The notes under the pieces: generated by a model
Seen by the model: only the letters and a program-made list of their open reading frames with translations
Databases searched by the model: none
What the model was told of the DNA's origin: nothing
Made by a program: the position numbers and the translations under genes
Shown here: piece after piece, positions 51,540-62,299 of the stretch
Numbering within the stretch: position 1 is the stretch's first letter
Layout: each line of letters starts with the position of its first letter
Assembly (NCBI GenBank): GCA_026770705.1
Contig: JANJGN010001130.1
Span: forward strand, 124,001 to 188,000
Direction: 5' to 3'
DNA length: 64,000 nt
Source: Isurus oxyrinchus
Lineage: Eukaryota

Positions 51540-51955
51540 GCCCATCTCTAATTGCCCCTTGAGAAGGAGGTAGTGAGCTGCCTTCTTGACCCGCTGCAGT
51601 CCATGAGGTGTAGGTACACCCACAGTGCTGTTAGAGAGGGAGTTCCAGGATTTTGACCCAGCGACAGTGAAGGAACGGTGATATATTTCCAAGTCAGGAT
51701 GGTGAGTGACTTGGAGGGCAACTTCCAGGTGGTGGTGTTCCCATGTGTCTGCTGCCCTTGTCCTTCTAGATGGTAGAGGTCGTGGGTTTGGAAGGTGCTG
51801 TTGAAGGAGCCTTGCTGAGTTGCTGCAGTGCATCTTGTAGATGGTACACACACTGCTTCCACTGTGTGTTCATGGTGGAGGGAGTGAATGTTTAATGTGG
51901 GGGATGGGGTGTAGATCAATCGGGCTGCTTTCTCCTGGATGGTGTCAAGCTTCTT
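51540..51955 (-). mobile_element. LINE 3' fragment (duplicated at ~54385-54795)
   Basis: Reverse complement matches the + strand LINE end at ~58520-58940. Confidence 0.75.
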
Positions 51956-52090
51956 GATTCTGTGCTTTGTGCAGAAGTGATTTAAAGAGACAGTCCCTGT
52001 CATTGGTGTAAGGTTACAGTGGGCTCTGTGTCTGTGCTGCACTGACTCTCTGCTATATGATAACCACAGTGTGATATTGTGTTATTGCAG

Positions 52091-52172
52091 GAGAAAGACA
52101 GCGATGGAGGAGAGAGTTTCAGGGACCAGTGACATTGCATTGACCCCCAGTCCACTCTCTGTGAAGCGCCAG
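52091..52172 (+). CDS. Cytoplasmic exon 1, copy A
   Basis: TTGCAG|..CAG|GTACAG, 82 nt, phase 2-0: RKTAMEERVSGTSDIALTPSPLSVKRQ. Confidence 0.8.
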
Positions 52173-52307
52173 GTACAGGAGCTGTTTACACTCACTCCAA
52201 AGCTTCAATCTTAGTGTGTAGACAACACATGTCCCAGATTCCCAGCCCAGTTACCCACTGATTTGTACCTGTGGAGTCAGCAATGGTTCAGTATCACGCT
52301 GCCTCTC

Positions 52308-53062
52308 TGTTATGACACAGCAACTGGTAAAGGCTGTTGTTTAAAATCCCAGAAGGAAACTTTAAACAACTGTCATAACCTATATTTCCCAGTGGAATGT
52401 TTGAGATGCAGCTTTAGATTCAGGAATAAGACCATCAGTTCTCGGGATGGTTTTATATCAAACTACATGAGACATTTATTAATTTACACAAGTTAAACAT
52501 ATGCACATGGCTACAAACTAGTATTATCATAACTTTTTAACAAATTCTCTAACTAATCTCCTCTAAGATAACCCATAGAATTTAAGCAGATTCCAGGCAA
52601 AGCATTTTCACCTCACAAATTCCAAATGAGGTTCCTTTCACTTTGGTTCCTTTGCAGACAGGTGTAGGCTTACAGCTGCTTTGCTGTTACAAGCCTCTGC
52701 TCTGCACACACAAAACTGCTCAAGTTATACCCAGCTCTTCTCTTTGAATGTAAATTCTCATTGTATCATCAGGACCTTTGAACTCCATTTCTTCTAATAA
52801 TAAATCCCCTTTCATAGTATCAATTTTATTCGTATTATAAACGTTGATTGGTTTAAGATTTCACCCCCAGACATTGCGCTGTTCAAAAATACAAATTGTC
52901 TCTTTGCCTCCCTGTTTACATCTCAAAACTACGATACATCAAAGTACCCAGACTGGCTGGCTTTAATCCAATTAAAACACACACACACACACCCACAGAC
53001 TAAACCACTATTTTAATAAAAATAATTTCCAAAACATGATATTCATTAATCGCATCATGACA
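52308..53062. mobile_element. Solo-LTR-like element (second copy 55146-56026)
   Basis: TGTTATGA...TCATGACA / TCATAACA termini. Confidence 0.65.
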
Positions 53063-53533
53063 TTCTCTCTCTCTATCCCTACCTCCCTTTCTTTCTCTCT
53101 CTCTTCTGTCTCTCATCCTCTCTCTGATTACAAGGGTGATGTCAATGAGCCTCACACCAGACACTTGAGTGCAGAATCCAAGCCATCACTCACCAGAGCC
53201 ATTACCGAGGGAGTGCGAGACTGACAGAGGGTCAGTACTGAGGGAGTGCTGCACTGCCGGAGGGTCAGTACTAAGGGAGTGCTGCACTGTCGGAGGGTCA
53301 GCACTGAGGGAGTGCGAGACTGACAGAGGGTCACTACTGAGGATGTGCTGCACAGTGGGGGGGATCAGAACTGAGGGAGCACTGCACTGCCGTAGGTGGT
53401 TTCTTTCAGATGACATGAGAGAGAGAGTTAAACCCATTGAGACCGACTGACACTAGCGAGGCTGCACAATAATTTAACCCTATCAGTGCCAGTAAATGAT
53501 GTGAGGATGTCTTCTGTTTCCATTTCTCTGTAG

Positions 53534-53782
53534 GGTAAACAGAACGTGCTGATTACTGAGTCCCAGAACACAACCAGAGACACAACTAGCGAGGGGGAGA
53601 CCCCAGTTCCCCGGGGTCTCTCTGAAGGTCCAGTGGGAGGCGATGCTGGACATTGGCACACCGACAATCCCGTTGCCCTTCTCTACTCCAATCCCCAAGT
53701 TTTGAGGATATCCAGTGGTGATGGTTCTGTCCACAGGGAAGAGGAGACGGAATACGCACAGATCAGGTTCGAGCATAACTGA
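53534..53782 (+). CDS. Terminal cytoplasmic exon, copy A: degenerate ITIM (LLYSNP) + ITSM (TEYAQI)
   Basis: CTGTAG|53534, phase 0, open to TGA at 53782. Confidence 0.8.
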   Translation, partial: GKQNVLITESQNTTRDTTSEGETPVPRGLSEGPVGGDAGHWHTDNPVALLYSNPQVLRISSGDGSVHREEETEYAQIRFEHN

Positions 53783-54928
53783 ATGAGAAATGGGGAGAGT
53801 GAGTGAGGAGGTGTGGGTGTGGGGGTAGGGATTGAGATTCCTGGGAACAGGAAACAACCCACTGGGGGAGAGGGGGAGAGAGGGAGGAAGGGATGCAATT
53901 GGGCTGCGGTTGGTGTGGTTTGGAATGAAATGCTTCTCCAGAGAGGACTGGATGCTGAGCCATTGGGGAGTGAGATTCACTGTCTCTCTCTCTCTCTCTC
54001 TCTCTCTCCCTCTCTCTCTCTTTCTTTCTGTGTCTGTCTCTCATTCCCTATCTCCAGCTCCTCCTTTAAGATGCCCGTTAATAACTGACTTTGTTGACTC
54101 AGCTGTTGGTCTCCTGTCCCTAATATCTCCTCATGTGCCTCAGAGTCAGGTGAAGATGTGACTAACAATCCCCGGATGAGCCTTGGGACATTTTGCTACA
54201 TTGAAGGTGCTATATAAATGCAAGTAGTTGTAGTAACTCTGATCTGCTTCGATTAACAATGGAACCACAAAGGCTCCTTCGACAGGGCGTGTGTGCAGCA
54301 GGATCACAGTAAATACATTGAGCTGTGAGATTTTAAATTCTTTCATCGAATGTGGCTGTCACTGGTGATGTCAGCATTAATGCCCATCCCTAATTGCCCT
54401 TGAGAAGGTGTGGTGAGCTGCCTTCTTGACCCGCTGCGGTCCATGTGGTGTAGGTACACCCACACTGCTGTTAGGGGGGAGCTCCAGGATTTTGACCCAG
54501 CGACAGTGAAGGAACGGTGATATATTTCCAAGTCAGGATGGTGAGTGACTTGGAGGGGAACTTCCAGGTGGTGGTGTTCCCATGTGTCTGCTGCCCTTGT
54601 CCTTCTAGATGGTAGAGGTCGTGGGTTTGGAAGGTGCTGTTGAAGGAGCCTTGCTGAGTTGCTGCAGTGCATCTTGTAGATGGTACACACACTGCTGCCT
54701 CTGTGTGTTCATGGTGGAGGGAGTGAATGTTTAATGTGGGGGATGGGGTGTAGATCAATCGGGCTGCTTTGTCCTGGATGGTGTCAAGCTTCTTGATTCT
54801 GTGCTTTGTGCAGAAGTGATTTAAAGAGACAGTCCAGTCGTTGGTGTAAGGTTACAGTGGGCTCTGTGTCTGTGCTGCACTGACTCTCTGCTATATGATA
54901 ACAACAGTGTGATATTGTGTTATTGCAG

Positions 54929-55010
54929 GAGAAAGACAGCGATGGAGGAGAGAGTTTCAGGGACCAGTGACATTGCATTGACCCCCAGTCCACTCTCTGT
55001 GAACCACCAG
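54929..55010 (+). CDS. Cytoplasmic exon 1, copy B
   Basis: 82 nt: RKTAMEERVSGTSDIALTPSPLSVNHQ. Confidence 0.8.
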
Positions 55011-56421
55011 GTACAGGAGCTGTTTACACTCACTCCAAAGCTTCAATCTCAGTGTGTAGACAACACATGTCCCAGATTCCCAGCCCAGTTACCCACTGAT
55101 TTGTACCTGTGGAGTCAGCAATGGTTCAGTATCATGCTGTCTCTCTGTTATGATACAGCAACTGGTAAAGGCTGTTGTTTAAAATCCCAGAAGGAAACTT
55201 TAAACAACTGTCATAACCTATATTTCCCAGTGGAAGGTTTGAGATGCAACTCTAAATTCAGGAATAAGACCACCAGTTCTCAAGATGGTTTTATATCAAA
55301 CTACATGAAACATTTATTAATTTACACAAGTTAAACATATGCACATGGCTACAAACTAGTATTATCATAACTTTTTAACAAATTCTCAAACTAATCTCCT
55401 CTAAGACAACCCATTGTCTTTAAGCAGACACCAGGCAAAGCATTTTCACCTCACAAATTCCAAATGAGTTTCCTTTCACTTTGGTTCCTTTGCCGACAGG
55501 TGTAGGCTTACAGCTGCTTTGATGTTACAAGCCTCTGCTCTGCACAAACAAAACTGCTCAAGTTATACCCAGCTCTTGAGTGTAAAGAAGATGGAGATTG
55601 ACAGGCTGCTGATTGGTAAGGGGATCAAAGGTTAGGGGAGAAGGTGGGAAAATGGACCGAATGGTCTAATTACTCATCCTAAGTCTTAGTCTTATGGCTT
55701 CTGTTTGAAGGTAAATTCGCAATGTATCATCAGGACCTTTGAACTCCATCTCTTCTAACAATAAATCCCCTTTCATCGTATCAATTTTATTAGTAATATA
55801 AACGTTGATTGGTTTAAGATTTCACTCTCAGACTTTGAATGTTTTATTTAAAAATGCAAATTACCACTTTACCTCTTTGTTTACATCTCAAAACTACTAT
55901 ACATCAAAGCACCCAGACTGGCTGGCTTTAATCCAATTAAAATACACACAGACACACACACAGACTAAACCTCTGTTTAAAAAGACAGTTTGCAATTACA
56001 TTACATACATTAATAGATTCATAACACTCTGTCTCTATCCCTCCTCTATCCCTCTCTCTCATCCTCTCTCTGATTACAAGGTTCATGTTATTGAGCCTCA
56101 CACCAGGCACCTGTGTGCAGCATCCAAGCCGTCACTCACCAGAGCCATTACCGAGGGAGTGCGGGACTGACAGCGGGTCAGTACTGAGGGAGTGCTGCAC
56201 TGTTGGAGGGTCAGTACTGAGGGAGTGCTGCACTGTTGGAGGGTCAGCACTGAGGGAGTGCTGCACTGTTGGAGGGTCAGTACTGAGGAAGTGCTGCACT
56301 GCCATAGGTGGTTTCTTTTATCCGGTAGGAGAGAGAGAATTAAATGACTCCGCACAATAATTTAACCCTATCAGTGCCAGTAAATGATGTGAGGATGTCT
56401 TCTGTTTCCATTTCTCTGTAG

Positions 56422-56670
56422 GGTAAACAGAACGTGCTGATTACTGAGCCCCGGAACACAACCAGAGACACAACTAGCGAGGGGGAGACCCCAGCTCCCC
56501 GGGATCTCTCTGAAGGTCCAGTGGGAGGCGATGTTGGACATGGGAACTCCGACAAACCCGACGAGCTTTTCTACGCCAACATCAACTTTTCAAAGCTGCC
56601 CGGCGGTGACAGGACTGTGCACAGGAGCGAGGACACGGAATACACACAGATCAGGTTCCAGAAAAACTGA
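56422..56670 (+). CDS. Terminal cytoplasmic exon, copy B: ITIM (ELFYANINF) + ITSM (TEYTQI)
   Basis: CTGTAG|56422, open to TGA at 56670; matches the CD33-related Siglec pattern ELxYAxLxF...TEYSEI. Confidence 0.88.
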   Translation, partial: GKQNVLITEPRNTTRDTTSEGETPAPRDLSEGPVGGDVGHGNSDKPDELFYANINFSKLPGGDRTVHRSEDTEYTQIRFQKN

Positions 56671-56863
56671 GTGTGAAACAGGGAGCGGGGCTGTGGGGTG
56701 TGTGCAGCCAACATGGCCAAATAGTAATGAACAGAAATATGATGTTGCTGAACTTTTTTTATTGTTTCTGAGTGAGCTTTCTGAATGCTGCACCTTTTTC
56801 CATGCTGTAAAAGATTGTGAGAAGCTTATGAATTATGTATAATTTTACATCTGTTAATACAAG

Positions 56864-58950
56864 GTGAGGTGACAGTGACTGCCTTTGACATCAAGGCTGC
56901 ATTTGACCGTGTGTGGCATCTAGGATCCCGAGTAAAACTGGAATCAATGGGAATCAGGGGTGGTACGAAAGTATAATAATTTGCTTAATATTTTCCTGGT
57001 TTGTTGTAAACTAGGTTTATGGGTGTGAGTGTAGATGGGTCTGTCTGTGTGGCTTAATTACATCTGGAGTCAGGTAGACTGCAAGTTTGAGATTATCAAA
57101 AGAAGCTAGATGTAGAAATGTAATTGAAATGCTAGTGAGTGAACATGGAGGCTGACTTAGCATGTAAGGTGTGAGGGGAATTTGCATTTTTAGATAAGTG
57201 ACGGGATTGTTTGGATTTCAAAGGGCTATTGGTCTGTTTACAATGAGACCGATATGCAAGGCAAAGGAGTGTGTTTATTTTTCCCCAAAGGTTATTGACA
57301 ACATTGGCAACATGAAAGTTTTTATATTATGGGAAAAGTATAATTCCAAAGACATATGGAACAATGAAATTTACATATCAAAGAGAGAGGAACATCAACA
57401 AAGGAGAATGAAAGGCTATTTTGGGGACCATGTAAAATCTAACAAGAGTGTGTGAATCAGCCTTGAAGAAGCCTCCAGGCATTTGTCCATAGGTCTGTTA
57501 TGTTCAGTGACTATAGATTGAGAAAGCCATTTGGAAATCCACTCTCAAGTGTGTTCTGTGTTAACTTGCTGGTTTTGTTTTTAAATCTAAAATCTATTTT
57601 GGTTTATTGCCTAAAAGGAGTTTTACTGCTCACTTCCAGACTTCCCAATGCCTGACCACCATCTTCAAGGTTAATTCGGAAGTTTAGGATTTGTTATAAT
57701 GGTAACCGTATCCTTATGTGTGTGCTTTAAATATTAAATAAATATTAAAATTTAATTTTTAAGATCTCTAAATGTCTTGGTTGACACATTACTCCTGAAT
57801 TCAGTGCACACATCTCATAATAAATACAAATTGCAAAACCGTTGTGATAGTGTGACCAAGTTTCCCTTGTGGATTTGGTCCCCCTGGCACACATCATCTA
57901 CCACATCATAACAGAGGGAAAACTCTCCGCTGGTTGGAGCCATACCCAGCACAAAGGAAGATAGTTGTGGTTGTTGGAGGTCAATCATCTCAGTTCCAGG
58001 ACATCACTGCAGGAGTTCCTCAGGGTAGTGTCCTCGGCCCAACCATCTTCAGCTGCTTCATCAATGACCTTCCTTCCATCATAAGGACAGAAGTGTGGAT
58101 GTTCACTAACGATTGCACAATGTTCAGCACCATTCACGGCTCCTCAGATACTGAAGCAGCCCTTGTCCAAATGCAGCAAGACCTGGACAATATTCAGGCT
58201 TGCGCTGACAAGTGTCAGGCAATGACCATCTCCAATAAGAGAGAATCTAACCATCGCCCCTTGATGTTCAATGGCATTACCATTGCTGAATCCCCCACTA
58301 TCAACATCCTGGGGATTACCATTGACCAGAAACTGAACTGGACTAGCCATAAAAACACTGTGGCTACAAGAGCAGGTCAGAGTCTGGGAATCATGCAGTG
58401 AGTAACTCACTCCAGACTCCCCAAAGCCTGTCCACCACCTTCAAGGCACAGGTCAGGAGTGTGATGGAAGACTCTCCACTTGCCTGGATGAGTGCAGCTC
58501 CAACAAGATTCAGTAAACTCAACACCACTCAGGACAAAGCAGCCCCGCTAGATCCACTCTCTGCACAACCGATGAACAGTAGCAGCAGTGTGTACCATCT
58601 ACACGGTGCACTGCAGGAACTCACCAAGACTCCTTAGGCAGCACCTTCAAACACACGACCACTACCATCTCGAATTACAGGGCAACAGATACATGGTAAC
58701 ACCACCACCTGGAAGTTACCCTCCAAGTCACTCAGCATTCTGACTTGGAAATATATCACCGTTCCCTCACTGTCACTGGGTCCAAATCCTGCAACTCCCT
58801 CCCTAACAGCACTGCGGGTGTACCTACCCCACATGGACTGCAACAGTTCAAGACGGCAGCTCACTACCACATTCTCAAGGGCTATTAGGGATGGGCAATA
58901 ATTCTGGCCTAGACAGCGCCACCCACATCCCATAAATGAATATAAAAAAC
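56864..58950 (+). mobile_element. 5'-truncated LINE (RT fragment) interrupted by a solo LTR at 56961-57913
   Basis: FDIKAAFDRVWH...GVPQGSVLGP; LINE reads through across the TG...CA insert; ACAAG on both flanks. Confidence 0.8.
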
Positions 58951-59989
58951 AAGCAATTAAAATGCTCAGACATTTCTGTACATTGTTTTTCAGATGTGAA
59001 TACCATTCTCTGGTGAATAATTCCATTCTCAAGGCACCATTTCCTGTTATCACATGCCCTTTTCATTATTTACAATCATGTACCTTCATTTGTAATGTAA
59101 CATTCCCATGTAAACATGTCACACTATAGTTACACCCTCCTGCCAATGGCGGTGCTCTAGTGTCATAGTTTTACCTCTCAGAGGCTGGAGGAAATATATC
59201 CACTGTGTTTACAATATTAGAAACACTCAGGGGTGACCAGGGGATTCTTTAGGTCGTGTTTACGATGTTGTTAAGATACAAGGGGCCAGTGGGATTTTTC
59301 CTACTGCGTTTACAATGTTGTTAAGACAGGATTCGGGTGAAAGATGACCTTCAACCCATCATCCCTCTCATGCCGAGAGAGAACAATAGCCTTAAGTCAG
59401 GGCCTGGCAGTTCGTGGGAACAGTCCCTGTGCCCAATTGGATAGGCTCAAAGTGAACCCAATGTTGGGTCTTGAGCCTCAAGATCCTGGAACAGGCACAG
59501 AGTGGACACCTCGGATGGATGTCAAAAACCCCATGGACACTTTTTGGGTGAAGTGTAGGGGGTGGGTATGGAGTCGGGTGGGGCAGTTATCCCCAGTGTC
59601 CTGGGACCAATATTTATCCCTAAACCAACATCATTAAAAAAAACAGATGTTCTGGGTCTGTATCTCACTGCTGTTTGTGGGATCCTGCTGTGCAGAAATT
59701 GTCTGCCATGTTTCCTACTGTTCCACAGCATCCACTGTTCAAAAACATTTCTCAGGGAATGAAGGACTATCTTTGAAGTGCAGATCCCCGTTGTAATGTA
59801 GGAAACACCACAGTCAATTTGCGCACAGCAAGCTCCCACAAACAGCAATGTGAGAATGAGCCAGACCATCTGTTTTTAGGGTGTTAGTTGGGGGTAAATA
59901 TTGGCCCCAGTATTCTAAGGCACTCGATACAGGGTTGAATTTAAGAAGTTTTTGAAGTGTCCGGCACAGTTTTCTAAAGCTCCTCTCAG

Positions 59990-62290
59990 ACCCCACCTGT
60001 AGTCACTGGGGTCAGTCCTGGACCCCGCACCTCAGGGAGGGGATATTGTCCTCGGAGGGGCTGCAGCCCAGAGTCACCAGAACGATCCCGGGGCTGAAAG
60101 GGTTAAATCCCGAGGACAGGTTGCACAGACCAGGCTTGTGTTCCCTCGAGTCTCGAAGATGAAGGGGTGATCTAATCGAGGGGTTTAAGATGATTAAAGG
60201 ATTCGATGGGGTCGATAGAGAGAAACNNNNNNNNNNNNNNNNNNNNNNNNNNNNNNNNNNNNNNNNNNNNNNNNNNNNNNNNNNNNNNNNNNNNNNNNNN
60301 NNNNNNNNNNNNNNNNNNNNNNNNNNNNNNNNNNNNNNNNNNNNNNNNNNNNNNNNNNNNNNNNNNNNNNNNNNNNNNNNNNNNNNNNNNNNNNNNNNNN
60401 NNNNNNNNNNNNNNNNNNNNNNNNNNNNNNNNNNNNNNNNNNNNNNNNNNNNNNNNNNNNNNNNNNNNNNNNNNNNNNNNNNNNNNNNNNNNNNNNNNNN
60501 NNNNNGGTGTGGGGGTGAGGGTGGNNNNNNNNNNNNNNNNNNNNNNNNNNNNNNNNNNNNNNNNNNNNNNNNNNNNNNNNNNNNNNNNNNNNNNNNNNNN
60601 NNNNNNNNNNNNNNNNNNNNNNNNNNNNNNNNNNNNNNNNNNNNNNNNNNNNNNNNNNNNNNNNNNNNNNNNNNNNNNNNNNNNNNNNNNNNNNNNNNNN
60701 NNNNNNNNNNNNNNNNNNNNNNNNNNNNNNNNNNNNNNNNNNNNNNNNNNNNNNNNNNNNNNNNNNNNNNNNNNNNNNNNNNNNNNNNNNNNNNNNNNNN
60801 NNNNNNNNNNNNNNNNNNNNNNNNNNNNNNNNNNNNNNNNNNNNNNNNNNNNNNNNNNNNNNNNNNNNNNNNNNNNNNNNNNNNNNNNNNNNNNNNNNNN
60901 NNNNNNNNNNNNNNNNNNNNNNNNNNNNNNNNNNNNNNNNNNNNNNNNNNNNNNNNNNNNNNNNNNNNNNNNNNNNNNNNNNNNNNNNNNNNNNNNNNNN
61001 NNNNNNNNNNNNNNNNNNNNNNNNGGTGTGGGGGTGAGGGTGGGTGTGANNNNNNNNNNNNNNNNNNNNNNNNNNNNNNNNNNNNNNNNNNNNNNNNNNN
61101 NNNNNNNNNNNNNNNNNNNNNNNNNNNNNNNNNNNNNNNNNNNNNNNNNNNNNNNNNNNNNNNNNNNNNNNNNNNNNNNNNNNNNNNNNNNNNNNNNNNN
61201 NNNNNNNNNNNNNNNNNNNNNNNNNNNNNNNNNNNNNNNNNNNNNNNNNNNNNNNNNNNNNNNNNNNNNNNNNNNNNNNNNNNNNNNNNNNNNNNNNNNN
61301 NNNNNNNNNNNNNNNNNNNNNNNNNNNNNNNNNNNNNNNNNNNNNNNNNNNNNNNNNNNNNNNNNNNNNNNNNNNNNNNNNNNNNNNNNNNNNNNNNNNN
61401 NNNNNNNNNNNNNNNNNNNNNNNNNNNNNNNNNNNNNNNNNNNNNNNNNNNNNNNNNNNNNNNNNNNNNNNNNNNNNNNNNNNNNNNNNNNNNNNNNNNN
61501 NNNNNNNNNNNNNNNNNNNNNNNNNNNNNNNNNNNNNNNNNNNNNNNNNNNNNNNNNNNNNNNNNNNNNNNNNNNNNNNNNNNNNNNNNNNNNNNNNNNN
61601 NNNNNNNNNNNNNNNNNNNNNNNNNNNNTGAGGATGGGGGTGGGGGGTGAGGGTGGGGGGTGAGGGTGGNNNNNNNNNNNNNNNNNNNNNNNNNNNNNNN
61701 NNNNNNNNNNNNNNNNNNNNNNNNNNNNNNNNNNNNNNNNNNNNNNNNNNNNNNNNNNNNNNNNNNNNNNNNNNNNNNNNNNNNNNNNNNNNNNNNNNNN
61801 NNNNNNNNNNNNNNNNNNNNNNNNNNNNNNNNNNNNNNNNNNNNNNNNNNNNNNNNNNNNNNNNNNNNNNNNNNNNNNNNNNNNNNNNNNNNNNNNNNNN
61901 NNNNNNNNNNNNNNNNNNNNNNNNNNNNNNNNNNNNNNNNNNNNNNNNNNNNNNNNNNNNNNNNNNNNNNNNNNNNNNNNNNNNNNNNNNNNNNNNNNNN
62001 NNNNNNNNNNNNNNNNNNNGGTGAGGGGGGGTCCAGAACAAGGGGGCAGAACATTAACATTGGAGCCAGGCCGTTCAGGGGGTGATGTCAGGAAGCAATT
62101 CTTCACACAAAGCGGGGGTGGAAATCTGCAACTCTCTCCCCCAGAAAAAGCTGTCGAGACTGGGAGGGGTCAATTGTCAATTTCAAAACTGAGATTGGGA
62201 GATTTTTGTTGGGTCGGGGGTTAAGGGTCACGGAACCGAGGCGGGTGGATGGGGTTAAGATACAGATCGGACGTGATGTAGTCAAATAGC
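59990..62290 (+). mobile_element. CR1-type LINE 3' fragment split by N-masked/gapped sequence (60226-62019) containing GGGGGTGAGGGT-type repeat islands
   Basis: GDLIEGFKMIKGFDGVDREK before the Ns; GSRTRGQNINI...RKQFFTQ after them. Confidence 0.65.
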
Positions 62291-62299
62291 CGAAACAGA

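Noticed and set aside
45868-56670. Assigning a specific symbol (CD33, SIGLEC5, CD22, MAG, SIGLEC15)
   Set aside because: Orthology cannot be determined without phylogeny and synteny; likely a lineage-specific expansion.
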